64,000 nucleotides of DNA from Lingula anatina (Eukaryota; Animalia; Brachiopoda). The position numbers and the translations under genes are program-made. The notes under the pieces were generated by a model, which saw nothing but the letters and a program-made list of their open reading frames with translations, had not been told where the DNA came from and did no database searches. This document shows positions 34,201 to 47,750 of the stretch, in pieces. The first letter of the stretch is position 1, and each line of letters starts with the position of its first letter. The stretch covers positions 8,680,001 to 8,744,000 of the forward strand of contig CM120647.1 in NCBI GenBank assembly GCA_051362555.1, written 5' to 3'.

Positions 34201-37200
34201 TTTGGCTTCCAGGAACGCCCGGCGCTGGTTCTTGTCCGCAAGAAAATATGAGATCGTCCCTAATACATTGGCGCACATGAATAACAGTATATCAGCAGCA
34301 ATCTAAGAAAAAAACAAGAAAATTATGATCACAACATGGATAGATTTAAAGCCAAAGAAACACGGCGCCTAATATGTTGGCGCACGCGAATCAGAATATT
34401 ACCGGTAGTTGGAGCAAAATACATACTTCGTATGATATTATTAAATAATCTAACAGAATTTCCATAAAAGGGATAACAACTGTTCGTTTCGGTCAAAAAA
34501 CAGATTCTCCTGGGGCAAACGACGATTTTCCCATACTGACCAACGATTAATGAATCCATTTCGACATTCATGTAAGACCACGTTTCTTTTCTGGAAGGTT
34601 TTTTTTTAATAACCTCTTAAGAGATTATTACGGAGGTATAACCGTCTATGAAGGTCCATGTGGTTTGATGGCAAGCATAGATTCCAGATTAATTTCGATG
34701 ACTGCTCTTTTGGTGGTAAAATGGAATTTATCATATTTCTACGAGTTGTTAACAATGTATTTATTGTGAAATATGAATCTCATGCGCACAGTTGTTATAA
34801 ACGCTAGACTTTTCATTAACACCTAAGTTAAACGTCTGGCACTCGGGCAGGATAAAGATCAGAAAAAGTAAGCATATATCAGCAACTTGTAAAGCACAAA
34901 ACATGTATATATCAATTTCTTCGCTGCTTTAGGCATGATACGAAAATATGTCGTTAGGCAGACTAATTAATAAGACGTAAAGGAATACAATGCGCTTTAG
35001 ACTACTGTATAGCAAAATATTGATTTCCCTTGTTAGTTCAGAATTTCTCCAAGATATACCTACCGTATATCGCAAAGCTTTGAAAAGATAACAATAGGTA
35101 AACCCATTTTCTAGTTATTTTAAGAAATTAAAATTTCTACATATATGATATTACCGTCAGGAGTGAAAGTCACCATTCCCCTATCTCATTAAGAGAGTTG
35201 CACTAGAATTAGAACTCAAAACCCGATTAACAGATTGCTATTTTGATTATAATTTTGAATTTTAGCGACTAAGGGGAAATATTGAAATTATATTGAATCA
35301 AAATTTTGCAAATGAAGGTCTGCCGTTTATTGTGCTACTTCGCATGGTGAATGCAGCATGAATTACGTTAATTTATAATAAATAAGTATCGTCATTTCCA
35401 TCGAATAGCTCGACTTGGTTGTTATAATACAGCGGCTGTCTTCTTTGATTCAACAGAACACAGAGGGTAGTGTTTATTTTGTCAAATGATAGACTTAAAT
35501 TTTTGGAGATCAACATTGAAAAAAAAAGCACAGCGTCTTTTTTCGTCTCGACTTCTCGCCAATTCTGTGCTATAAGAGGTATTCATCCCTCGAACTCTGG
35601 CAAGAAGTGTAGGGACAACTGCTTGCGGTATCTTCTTTATTTTGAGTAGGAAAGGGTCCTTATGAGGACTCGCTTTTTGTAGTAATTTATCATTATAATT
35701 ATCATTTTTCTTTTTGCCCCAAAGGAAAATCTTGCTTGAGATCATGTCCTCTAAACAGCACACTTTTTTGATATGATTTTCTTCAGCACATTCGGTAAGA
35801 CTCGTTTTAATGCACCTGATAAGCTGTTGTTCAGCATCGATAATATATGGTTCTGTTTACTTAAAGGGTTTGCTTCATGCCGTCAGAATGGCCTGAACGG
35901 AACATATTCTTCAGAAAACATGCCCAACTAACGATATCTTTATCCAAATACACAAATTAAAAGCTCATTTTGTAAATTTTTGGCTTTAAAAAACGTCCTA
36001 TTTGCTCGGCCTGGGAGTTAATGAGCTATGTGGTCACGTGGTCCAATGACGACAATCGAGCCACTGGAGAACAGAGCGTGCTTAGCTGTCAAACTGAGCT
36101 GCATTGTCCACCTGTAAGATGACTTCTCTGGCTTCTGATAAAAGTTTATACTCATTCAAATCTCTTACCCGAGGGGTCTAAATCCTCGTGAAGCTGTGTA
36201 AAACCATTTCCCGTCTAGTCATTTCTTTAACAAGCATTTCATTATGGTTATCCCAAGTTGTATAAAACACTGCATTTGAATGAGTTAAGGGAAATGTTGA
36301 TTATTGCATATGAGGTCCATGTTATTTGTGAAATTCAATTTATTTTATTAAACCGCTGACACTCCGTCTTGCATACTTTTATTAAACTGAGGTAAACAAT
36401 GCCTGTTACCTTTACAAGTCCTATCTTAATCATCCATCTACCTGGAACTTCCTTTACCTCTTAATTAGAGGGTTAAATGGCATTCAATTTGTCTTGCTTG
36501 TATCGAACGCACTCTCTATCTAAGCTTTACTCCAGTTATCTCAGGTAAAAATCTACCTGTGCGTTAGTTACAAAGCGCAGCTCCCGTAGACCTGGGGGTA
36601 CTAGATAAAATCTGAACACCAGGTTTATCGAGGAGCTAGAGAAAGAAAGGAAGAATTTTTCCTGCACAACTTCATAGGAATTTTAACGGACTTAATCCAG
36701 CTTAGACCTCCAAACTAACAGGGTGACATGGGCAATTTTCACAAACAAATCATAAAACTATATTTCAGTTAACCGCCTTTAAAATAAATATACCGTTCTG
36801 GGTAAATTAAAATAGTTATTAAATCGCAAGAATATTTTTGACTTAAATGATGATTTTATTATTAATGGAAATTAAGCTACTATATGAGGTACATTTGCTG
36901 TGATTACGCTGTCCTTCATGTTTTGCGTAAGTCTACATTTTGCTGTATGTGCTTGTAATCTTTTTAAATATGTGCGTACAATTTTTGCAGGTCTGGTTAC
37001 CCCCCTGTTATGTGATGAGAGTATTAATTTGGCAATTAGTTCCTTAGCTTATTTGAATAGAATTGCAGTGTAAAATTTTCAACAAGATGTTGGCGAAGTA
37101 GCCCATTACTCTTTGTAGGTATTTCCCCCGTCAAAGTTTGTCTAAAATTATCTTTCAATCTTTACTCTTTCAAAGACAGTATAAAGTTACCTGACATATT

Positions 37201-39228
37201 TTCGTGTAAACTTAATGACAAGCCAAGTGTCTCCAGTTCATTCCGTACTCAATTTTACCCAAGCAAATTTTTTTCTTGAGTAGATCTTTATAGCACGGTG
37301 TTATAAGCTTACAAATTTGCAAAAAAAAAATTGCGTACTGACGCAGAATTTGCGTTTCAAGTTATAAAATAATCAATCTTTTAAACTATTTAATATTTCA
37401 GATGAAATAATCTTCAGAAACAAATCCTCAAAGCATAAACGAATTAGGATAACGAACCATTTTATTATAGCAGTTCCCATTTTTTCTTTAATATAACGCT
37501 CTTTTTCCTGTTTTTCCTCAACACGTTTTCTTCCACGGAAGCTTCAAGATACCCTGAGAGCAATTTCTTTTATTTATGTTCGCGACCGTGTTTGAACTTA
37601 ATTGTTTAAGTATTGATATTTAACGTCATTTACAAATACCAATAAAATAACCCCATGAAATAAATGAGATATATTGAAAAATATGAAAGCCCACCAAGAC
37701 GAGTTTCATACCTGTTATTACCTGGCTTGGGAATTGCAGCGGTGCATAATTAACAGGTTTGTTGTAAACGAGCTTTTGGTCAACTACAAAGCATTTAAAA
37801 TGCATCAGCAATCAGTAAGTTTGCCAACTGATGACAGTTAATCTGAAAGACTACCAGCTCTTGATATGATCTAAACCACCTGAGGTGACCATGATCTAGA
37901 GCATCCCAACTATTGTCACCGAAGTTAGTAAGTCACGGAAGACCGTCACAGACAAAGAAAGATTGTCAAAGAGAGCTGCAATTTTGGTGAATCCCACGGC
38001 AACACACCGAGGCATAACGAAAATTCCTCAACTCCGTTCAACACAACTTTCCTTAACTTCTACGTCTGTATAGTATGCACCATGCACCTCAGTTGAGTCT
38101 CATAGACCTTTATCGTGATTGTCGTCACAGTACCACGTGACCCAGATCTGTTGCTTCATTTTTGCATATTGAGGTGAGGTTTACTAAAACGCTTTTTTTT
38201 CTACTAATAGATTGTTTTTATAATTTTTAAATGGCGGGGATCGATTAAAACATACCTCTAGTGTATAGATTGAGTGCTGTATCTTCAAAATTCGAGAAAT
38301 GGATTTTTACATGAACATTGTCCTTTAAATCCTTTAATTGTCCTTTAATATTTCGCCGGATATCTTTGAATATTTCAAGGCAATTTTCCGACACGTCTGG
38401 ATATCATGATAATTTTTTCAAATAAAACATCAAGTATTTTGGATTATTTGTAACTTAAAATTTGTCAGCAAATTTTAGTTTAACCAAGAAGAAATATAAC
38501 TGATTCAATTCTACTAAATTGCATGGCCAATAAAAAAGATCAGTATGACAACTTTCTCCAATCTTCAGTCTCACCTCATTTCCTATGTAGAATATCCCAT
38601 AAGGCTGCACCGCCGCCAAAATGGCCGTCAAAAGTAGGTAACCCAGGATGGCTAACAGGTTAAAAAGTCCGCAGATCGCTATTCTGACAGGCAAAACTAT
38701 GAAAGCCAGGTAGAGAAGCAACGCTTGCAGGCCAACAACGTGATTCGGAGACACCGCAATCCCTAAACTGTACCGTATCCCAATATCTACGAACAGCTTT
38801 GTTTGAAGATAAATCCAAAATACAAAACACATTGCAAGGTGGCCTTTATCCGGCAGGAGCCTCGGTTTGATTTTGCATAGAAAGAACACTACAAAGTCTA
38901 TAACGAGGATTGCTTTTACGGCCAAGATGCTTGGACTTTGATATTTGACGACGTACGAGACGATGAGGGCAATGTCACAGAAAAAGGAAAGGACGGCTGC
39001 TATAGAGAGAGCGCCCTGTTTCTGTCGCCGATAATATGCACCGTAGAGGTTCTCAAGGTCCGGATCCGCATATCGCATGCGAAGAAATTTCGGCAATAGA
39101 CGCTGGAGACCCGTATTATCGATTTCAGTCTCTCCACTGCCTTGTTTAATATCCTCCTTGCTTGATATCGTGTGCTCCGGGGAAACCTTGTTCCCTTTTG
39201 CTTTCAGTTCGTAATCCTCCTTCGTCAT
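22046..39228 (-). CDS. ADCY3: Transmembrane adenylyl cyclase, type 3-like, 18 coding exons, ~1056 aa
   Basis: Exons 39228-38575, 34302-34153, 33762-33644, 33387-33276, 32996-32869, 32441-32283, 31660-31522, 31211-31042, 29761-29600, 29165-29081, 28750-28634, 25537-25284, 24812-24731, 24238-24080, 23917-23771, 23389-23167, 22893-22769 and 22231-22046; all GT-AG and phase-consistent (3171 nt). Motifs: [41 protein letters not shown] (AC3-type), [48 protein letters not shown]; M1-C1-M2-C2 layout. Confidence 0.95.
25545..27745 (-). repeat. Tandemly reiterated AT-rich repeat blocks in ADCY3 intron 11; 26155-27131 is a near-duplicate of 27140-28325
   Basis: GGAACTTCAAAGTCACA..AAAATGCCAA recurs at ~26011, ~26303 and ~27334; there is a long near-identical stretch, 26480-26690 versus 27505-27720. 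Confidence 0.85.
27745..28325 (-). mobile_element. Helentron-associated non-autonomous element (HINE/DINE-1/pearl-like) with ~160-bp internal tandem repeats; second copy at 26715-27131
   Basis: The minus strand begins TTTTTAT, then the palindrome GTACAGACAC-AGAT-GTGTCTGTAC, a (GTC/GCC)n microsatellite, and 160-bp units (AATRRTGGCCCGAT..GCTGATTTTCGAACT at ~27803, 27962, 28121; 26761, 26921). Confidence 0.7.
29313..29470. mobile_element. MITE family B, partial copy
   Basis: ACTAACTGATCCGCCGACTAAATATGGCCGACCCAACTTCAAAAGC matches the left arm of family B. Confidence 0.6.
30515..30857. mobile_element. Kolobok-like non-autonomous element (AGGGATAAT..ATTATCCCCT-TAA); second copy at ~34465-34800
   Basis: Short TIR with (T)TAA flanks; 30660-30835 aligns with 34608-34790. 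Confidence 0.55.
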
Positions 39229-39917
39229 CTTGTCTTGTGCACTGGACGTGTTCTAAAAAATGATAACATCACTTATGTGATAGTGACGTCACAATTAAGG
39301 CAAAGAAAATGTCGTTAAGTCAAATACCTTTCGTCTTGCAATGTTTCAGTTTCAGAGCCTCTCTGTGTCACACAAATTTAAATGTACATTGCAGTCTCTG
39401 GCATATATATTCACAGAGTTCAAGTACGTCTCCCCGCCAAGAGTCGCATGTCTTAATGAAAAGATTATGTTTAAATGGTAATCAACAACCTCACTGGAAG
39501 CCAGGCTTTGAGCGAGTTTTCTTAGTAGGCCTAAAGTTGCTTTGCTGGGGCGTTCATTCTTCAGCTATGGTATAATGTTTTCGTCGCTCTAAAATGGAAA
39601 AAAAATCATTAAGCTTCTTCATCTGCTTACATAACATGTTCACGTTTCCTGGAAAATCCCTTCATCTTCATACAAAATAATAACAGATTTAAACCCACAC
39701 ATATACACACGTTATTCAGAAGATCGAATCGTCTCTGTGTCCGTCGCAGTATATTTTTCAAAGACCACACACAATAATATAAAACACTTCACCATAGCCA
39801 TAAAGAGATTACTTTACCTTCATCTGGAGATAAAAAGCGGTTTGTGGCGGCCTACGCTTTTAACATTAATAACCCATGCTGCATTAAAATGCACGACGTT
39901 GCTTCCGCATACACTTA

Positions 39918-40110
39918 GGGTGCACTCAGAACAAGTTGATCCTCGGACAAACAGATCCTCCGATCAAATATGGCTGATCCACTTGAAAGCTTTCCGCATA
40001 ATCCCCTAACAGGCACTGAAGAGATTCAGGGGCAAGCTTTCAAGTGGGTGGGGCATATTTGATCCGCGGATCTGTAAGTCCGCGGATCAACGTATATTGT
40101 GAATGTGGCC
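39918..40110. mobile_element. MITE family B, TTA TSD
   Basis: tta|GGGTGCACTCAGAACAAGTTGATCC ... GGATCAAC...GAATGTGGCC|tta. Confidence 0.8.
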
Positions 40111-40627
40111 TTAGCTAGATTTATATTATCCGAATGCATCCGTCGTTTCCATGCAGTAACACCCTGAGTATCGGGTCTCTACTGCCCAAATGCCCCTCCG
40201 GTAATTGATAACTGACAACAGTTACTTGAAAAGGAAGTGTCATGCATATAGTTAGCAGGGGGGTGAGTGTCCAGTGTCCTCTAAAATTAAGCATGTTTAT
40301 ACCAAGATGCAGCACGCACTGTAAATGCATTCGAATGTCATATCAAAGTCGCACACAAAGAAGTAAAAGAATCTGGAGGGGGGGGGGGGAGGCAAGGGGA
40401 TGCCACCCCTAGCTTTTGGGACACCCCCTTCTTCCTCGTATTCCTAGCCTCCCAAAGAACAGTTTAACGCGTGAAGTGCGACAACCCGCAGCATGTTTCT
40501 ATTCATAGCAGTGCCGTACTCCTGTGTCCTACATATGTTGGTAAATAAACTCGTCCACTGTTTTATGTTTGCTTCTACCTACTCGACAATAATTCTGTAA
40601 TCTTTGCGTTTACCGCCCCCCCCCCCC

Positions 40628-40674
<47 letters not shown>

Positions 40675-41419
40675 GCAAAGCGCTTGATCCTAGTTTCACC
40701 ATATATTACAAATACATACCTGGAGCAGAAACTTTTACTGCTGACGAATCTACTTCGATCTTGCACTAAATTAATGTCAACGCACTAACCAAACAATGGT
40801 GATCTTTACACTAACCTCACTTCAACCCTCAAACAGCGCCTAAATGATTTTTTCTCTCAGTCAAATCTAATAAACGGAGATAGCTATTTTGATTTCTTCG
40901 TCCTAGGATAAAAAGGAAAAATAAAAAGGCCTGCACGCAAGCAGGCGTGTGAGCATGCGCTAATACAGGCCCTGATTTTCCTGGCGATGCTATATTTCTG
41001 TTAATTTTGTCATTTGCATTAAAAAAACTTACGTAAAGGTACAACAAGGCACAACAAAAATATCGCATGTGCACAAGCGAGGATACTCCTTTAAATCTAT
41101 CTCGCGCGTCTACATACCAGAATCCTGCTACATACGTTGTGAATTCCTTTCATTTCCGTTTGCTATAAAGTAATAACAAGAACTTCACTTATTTTGACGA
41201 CTACGTTTGTACAGAAAAACTAAGTTAATTTGAAAATGATATCAAGTTGGCTTTCGTGCCTTTCTTTACACCGCTCTGTACAGAAAATCGGTAATACACC
41301 TACAGTTTTCAGACAATAGGTTTCGTTTCGCTGTGACGTAAATAAAAAAACACAATAACACATGAAGTAGGCCTATATCCGATCTGGATGGATCAAATAT
41401 GCTGCATGAGTACCCAATA

Positions 41420-41671
41420 TCCCATTCCCGTAAACACCATCGGTCTACTTATATCGATCCAACTTTGCAGGGACTCTCGCTGAGTGCAATCAGCTTAACT
41501 AAATGACACGCTTCCTCTTGTTTCCACCGTACTCGTATCAGCCTCAGATGTTCTGTTTTCTACTCAACGCCAGGAGGAGGCGTCATTCATTTAAGCTGAT
41601 TGCACTCAGCAAGAGTTCCCGCAGAGTTGGGTCGATCTAAGTAGACCGGTGGCGTCTATGGGAATTGGGCC
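41420..41671. mobile_element. Palindromic MITE related to family A (~250-bp hairpin)
   Basis: ATTCCCGTAAACACCATCGGTCTACTTA..GCTGAGTGCAATCAGCTTAA pairs with TTAAGCTGATTGCACTCAGC..TAAGTAGACCGGTGGCGTCTATGGGAAT. Confidence 0.8.
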
Positions 41672-42615
41672 TTAGCAACGGGGGCACGGAGAGCGCACGA
41701 GCACAAAGGAGGGCGGGTCCACAATACAGACTGTCGACATTCGATCTGAATGACACTAACGGATCTGAGATTCTGTGGGTCTCTCTCTCTCTCTCTCTCT
41801 TAATGTGTGTGTGTGTGTGTGTGCGTGTGTGTGTGTGTGTGTTGGGGGGGGGGAATAGGGGGGACTGCACTAGAACGGTCATTTCAACCTCACTTTGCTC
41901 CGCAATAATTTCAGACGAAAAAAAAACGTTTTGGTGGATTGTCAAGGTCACAAATGGGAAAATGTCTGGTTTTTGTTTCGTTTTGAAGGGAAGCACAGGG
42001 CACTTTAGACGCTAAGAATTCGAAGGGAAGGCAAACGGCGCTGACTTGCCCCGGTTCCTTCAGTGTACGCCTACGACTATACATATTATTTCCTAGCATT
42101 CCTGGAAACGACGAACAAAAGAGCTTGTGCGAATAAAACGAATAATGCATCCAAGACCACAGACTCGAATTTTCTAGCTGCTTCTGAAACTCTGCTAAAT
42201 TAAATCCCATACTTCCATTACCTACTCAAAGGCTTCTTTTATGAACGTAATGACAGTTGGACATTAACGCCTCTTTGATGTTCATATTAACACGTTCCCG
42301 GGGTACGACACTGAAGTGGCGTCTGAAGTACTCGTAATGTAAGCTCCCATGTAAACATTTCTAAGTAAGAGAAGAACCTGTAGGACACGTATGAAAGACA
42401 AGACATAGCGAGAGGCCTACAAGTGCTTGCAGGTTGACATACACTGTATTGGTATTATACCACTCATCTTGAGAGCGAGCTCTCTAAGGAGTAGCAATAT
42501 TGAGGTTAATTGACAAAATGACATCCGTGGTTAACTTGATGAAGCTGGCTTTACGATGTATTCTGCGCTAGTTGGCGTTTCTCGTTTCCTGCTTTAGAAA
42601 TTGATATGTGGTATT

Positions 42616-42657
42616 TCTCTCTCTCTCTCTCTCTCTCGCTGTTTCTTTCCCCCTTCC

Positions 42658-42691
<34 letters not shown>

Positions 42692-42745
42692 TCACACACT
42701 CCATCTCTCACACGAACTCTCTCCCCTCTCTCTCTCTCTCTCTCT

Positions 42746-42812
<67 letters not shown>

Positions 42813-42920
42813 ACACGCGCGCGCACACGCACAAACAAACACCATGACACTCACACACACAGATTGTCTAACACCCGCGCACACGTGCTCTCCCTCACCC
42901 CCCCCCCCTCACTCACACCT
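42616..42920. repeat. Compound (CT)n/(CA)n microsatellite
   Basis: Visible dinucleotide tracts; the source of the SLSL/THTH ORFs. Confidence 0.95.
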
Positions 42921-43271
42921 ACCCACATACTATCTCTTTCTCATAACACAAGAAAACTGTTTCGTTACAACATTTCTAGGTTACTACATATCTACCTATA
43001 CTTTACCTACCCGCATAAGCATAACAACCACTGAACAGACTGAACAGTGCAGTCAGTGATGCCACATCCGCTGAAGAACTGGGCCTTTTAAAATGCACAA
43101 AACCTTAAGACGGTGTTTATAATGAAGAGAGTCGACCACATAATACGACTGCCTAGAGTTGTAAATACGAGTCACGTGTAGCATTTGGAACGTACTTGGG
43201 TGCCCACCAAATGGTTTATTGGGTCAGGGGGGCTAAAAACAGAAATGTACTGGCTGACAGGAGTGACGTGA

Positions 43272-43308
43272 AGAGGGAAAGAGAGAGAGAGAGTTTGTGT
43301 CAGGGAAA

Positions 43309-43379
<71 letters not shown>

Positions 43380-43439
43380 TCAGGGAAAATGTGTGTGTAT
43401 GTTTGACAGAGAGAAGAAGGGGGAGAGAGAGAGAGAGAG

Positions 43440-43477
<38 letters not shown>

Positions 43478-43545
43478 TGTGTGTGTGAGAGAGAGAGAGA
43501 GAGTGTGTCAGGGAAAATGTGTGTGTGTGACAGAGAGATGAAGGG

Positions 43546-43592
<47 letters not shown>

Positions 43593-43708
43593 TGTGTGTG
43601 AGTGTGTGAGAGAGAGAGAGAGAGAGTGTGTCAGGGAAAATGTGTGTGTGTGTGACAGAGAGATGAAGGGGGAGAGAGAGAGTGTGTGTGTGTGAGTGAG
43701 TGTGCATG

Positions 43709-43757
<49 letters not shown>

Positions 43758-43758
43758 A
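43272..43758. repeat. Higher-order compound (GT)n/(GA)n satellite with four GTCAGGGAAAATGTGTG anchors
   Basis: Anchors at ~43299, 43379, 43507 and 43630. Confidence 0.9.
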
Positions 43759-43990
43759 CATTCAGAATATTACACACAAAGACTGTAGAAAGAGCAACAA
43801 CTCTGTTAATTGAATGGTTCTGCGGCTATATTACCTACTTTCCCCATTTCTTTGTGAGAGCATTTCCACAGTTTCGTTGTAAATATAATAAGCAGCTTCC
43901 ATGCATCAATCTGCATGTCTACTTCATTCACTATACCCTGCGATACATTCACGAAATATAGATATTTTCATTAGGAATCATAGACACCTT

Positions 43991-44052
43991 TAATCTCCTA
44001 AATCAGCCCTGTGATCTCCTAAATCAGCCCTGTAATCTCCTAAATCACCCTT
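43991..44052. repeat. 21-bp minisatellite, 3 copies
   Basis: TRATCTCCTAAATCAGCCCTG repeated. Confidence 0.85.
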
Positions 44053-45130
44053 AAAATCACTAAGAGAACAATCAGAAGCATAAATGAAATTACTCGATTA
44101 CATATTTCCTTCTTGGGATCATTTTTATGTGGGGAAAAGGTTAATGACACTGTATTTCAAGAGGTGCAAATGTTAACACAAACTAAATCAATACTTTTTC
44201 GTTAATATTTTTTAACTTATCAGTTGCCCAATTAATGCTCTGATGAATGAAGCAATTCAGTGATAATAGATACATTCAATTACATTTGATGGCTTATCGT
44301 CTAACTAAAATGTCGGACTTTGAGCAGCGACTATACATAGACCCATTGTTGAGAATTAAGACAACCATTTTTGTCTTAAAAGATGAAATCAATCATTTAT
44401 ATTCATATGGACGCGACAAATAAATAATGACACAGATATTAACGTATTGGAAATGTTTAATTCTATTGTTATTATTCATAAATTAACGTTTATCAAATTA
44501 TGTATGTTCGTGAAATTGATTCTCTCTCGCCCCCCTCTCTCTCTTAACAAAATAAAAAAAAACGCCTGATTATATGTATTTCTAGGCGTATATCAGATTC
44601 ATAGAGAAACACCCTGGTGTTTAAGTTGTTATTTAGTTTTGTTCACGCTTGACGACACAGAAACTAATTTCTACCGAACTCTTTACTTCAGGGTGTTAAC
44701 TGGCTAGGCTCAGCTGCTTTTTGTAAGGTTGGGCGTGCCTGTTGTCCAAAACGTCGAGCAAAAAATACATTACCTACCTTTTTCTTTGAGATTTCAGTTA
44801 AGAAAGTAGAAATGAAAAGATGGCGACAGAAGACGCATCTCTCTTCCGTCAGTTTGTGACATCTCTGCACCTAAATAGTTTGTCCAGTGAGAGCTAATGT
44901 GGCGTTCAACTAACTACCGTGGAATTGTTATAAGCCCTGCGTAAACAGAGAAGCCGTTGATTAAGCCTTTCTTAGTAAGTTATATTAAACTTTATCAAAG
45001 TATCGGGTCATGTGCTCGTATTTGGTCAATGTCTTGCTTAGATTGGGGTGATTGGATCGCCATTCGGTCTCTCGGGTCTCCCTCTCTCTTTCTCTCTTTG
45101 GCATCTCCTCACTTTCATCTCTCCCTCTCT

Positions 45131-45169
<39 letters not shown>

Positions 45170-45497
45170 TATTTACGTGACAGGCCGCGGGTCAGTGCCA
45201 ATAACTTCTCACGTCTGTTCAGGATAAAACCATTCTCACAGCAATACTTAACTTATACGAACTCATAAAATCACCGGTGATTAATAAACGGGTGACGAAC
45301 GGCTGTTTGAATGAAGTTGTGTTTTATTTTGGATAATTAGATCGCACATAAAGTCCTGGGATATGACAGTCCGATAAAATGTTTGCAACGTGGCTACAAG
45401 TTTAAAAAAATAACAAAAGGCAATAACAAATACAGACGCATGCACGCACACATACACTCACGCGCGCGCGCAAACATGTATGCGCCTACTAGTGCTC

Positions 45498-45533
<36 letters not shown>

Positions 45534-47361
45534 ACACACACACACACAGACAACAAAGTGCTATCTAAAGGCGACATATTATGTGTGGAGAATATTAAAT
45601 GAAATGATTTTCTTGGAACTATATGAGGCTTTAAACATAAATGAGATTATTTCTCTCATTGCAATCAAATAATTGATTTTTAAAGAAAATCAATACTCAA
45701 ATACAGCAAATTGCTCAACTTTCACTCACGATCTCTGCAAGTTTTGCTCACACAATTTTCTTCATAATTTCTAAAAAAAAACTTATCGGACTGCCTTAAG
45801 AGTTCCTGGTATCCTGGTATTGTTTGACAATAAAAGTAATCCCCATTCACATTCTGATGAATATATCACTTTCTTGAAGTAGCAGATCTAGAATATTCAT
45901 CTCTTTGTTTTTACTCCCAACTGTCTTAATTAGTCTGTTTTTCTGTCAAAAAAATCATCAAATTGATGTCTAATGTCACAGTTGTGGCTATACTCGCTGA
46001 TTAACAAGCAAAGTGTCATTGGGGTTCACAGCATGTAACCAAGCTCTCCATGCGAATAACAACATCATCAATCACCAAGTCTACGAAGGGAAACATTAAA
46101 ATGGGCAAAGACCTAATTAGCGTTTAGCGTGTTTTTAACAACATTGGATGAACACTGTTGTGTTCTGATGACTCTCACGGAAGAGCACATTTCTGCCCGA
46201 CTTACTCCATTTCGTTCTCAGTCTGGTACAAATAAACAAAGGGAACCGAAGGTAAGGAATAAATGATTTGAAAGATTTCACCTAAGTTAAAACAACGATG
46301 AAACAATTGGATCTCTTTATGAATTGATGTTTTTCGACATCACGTCACGTCACGTAGCATCCTATAGATTCTAAAAACTCAAGGTGGCCAGTCCGATACC
46401 TAATACAAGCTCGAAAATAGGTCTAAATATTTAGAACAAAAGTTTAGTCCACTCACACCCAGGGGAAATCAGTAGTAGTTTAACTGATTGAAATAGTGTG
46501 TCGTGTGTCTCTGTTATAACAAGAAAGGCATTTGATTATGTTTCTGGCTTTTATAATCTATTTAAGCGGACTATTATATGTATGGCTTCATCTTGGACTG
46601 AAACTGAAAAAAACATTGTCTGGAATTTCAGCCCTATTTTCGCTGGCCTATTTTTTTCTTTTTTGAGTGTTTGAGCAAATTCCATGTTTTTACATAACAT
46701 AACAAAGATGTAATTTCCGTTTTGAAGTCTGATTTCAACACAGATATCATAAAAACCGCAACTAATTATATCCAGGAGATTTAATGAAAAAAAAAGCAGG
46801 CCAGGAGATGAAGCCTTCATATCGACGTCATCCCTCCACATGAGACACAGTTTATTGAATATTGGATTTGGCAACCTAAAAACCATCATTGACTCTCAGG
46901 GTGGTAATATGAATATAATCGCTTTATCTCCTTGATAGTCTAGCGTAAAATAGCTTCTAATGAGCCATACTCTCATTCGTGATGACATAAGACGATGGAA
47001 CGAAAAAATTCGTCTCTATTTTCCTTCTCTGTAAAAAAAAATAATTAAAGCTTTTTTCCGCTTGATATTTTCTGATAGAATCTTATCAACAGTGTTTTCA
47101 TTTGAAACAGAAATTTGCATCGGTACTATTATATCCTGTTCTATTAAAAAATAAGGACGAAAGCTAATCGATCCGGATGGAATAAAATTTTCTATAGGTG
47201 TTCTGGTATCGTTAAGGTATTATCCAACGTGAGCAGAGCTAGCAGGAATGGTCCGTGTAACGGAAGAAATTTTTAATTTCTTTTTGTTTCACGAAATCCC
47301 CCCCCCCAACACCCCCTCCCCCTCCCCCCCCCCACACACACACATACATACACACACACAT

Positions 47362-47397
<36 letters not shown>

Positions 47398-47715
47398 TTC
47401 GCCAACAGGTATGGTCCGTGTATAATTTTTTTTTTGATTTCTGTCTTTTCTGTCTTTTTTTTCTCAAGAAATGGAAAACACTCCACCTCAAGCATAACCA
47501 CCATAGCTGTGAGTTTTTTATAACCAGGAAAGCCATCTCCCTTGGCGCTGTTTAATTAGTTTCTTCGAAGCGTAACATAGAATAATCCGAAACCTTAAGC
47601 GTCATATTTGGACTAATCAGGCTTGGAGCTGTATAACTTAAAGAGGCATCTATAACCCAGGGAATTCGGTTGTGTTTTCCACGATAAAATAATTGAAATA
47701 TAATGATAACGATGA

Positions 47716-47750
<35 letters not shown>

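Noticed and set aside
22041-34306. Several + strand ORFs (22041, 23153, 25262, 29363, 31432, 32213, 33246, 34118)
   Set aside because: They overlap ADCY3 exons in antisense and are shadows of the real coding sequence.
42606-43961. ORFs of 70-153 aa rich in SL/TH/RE/CV
   Set aside because: They are dinucleotide microsatellite translations.
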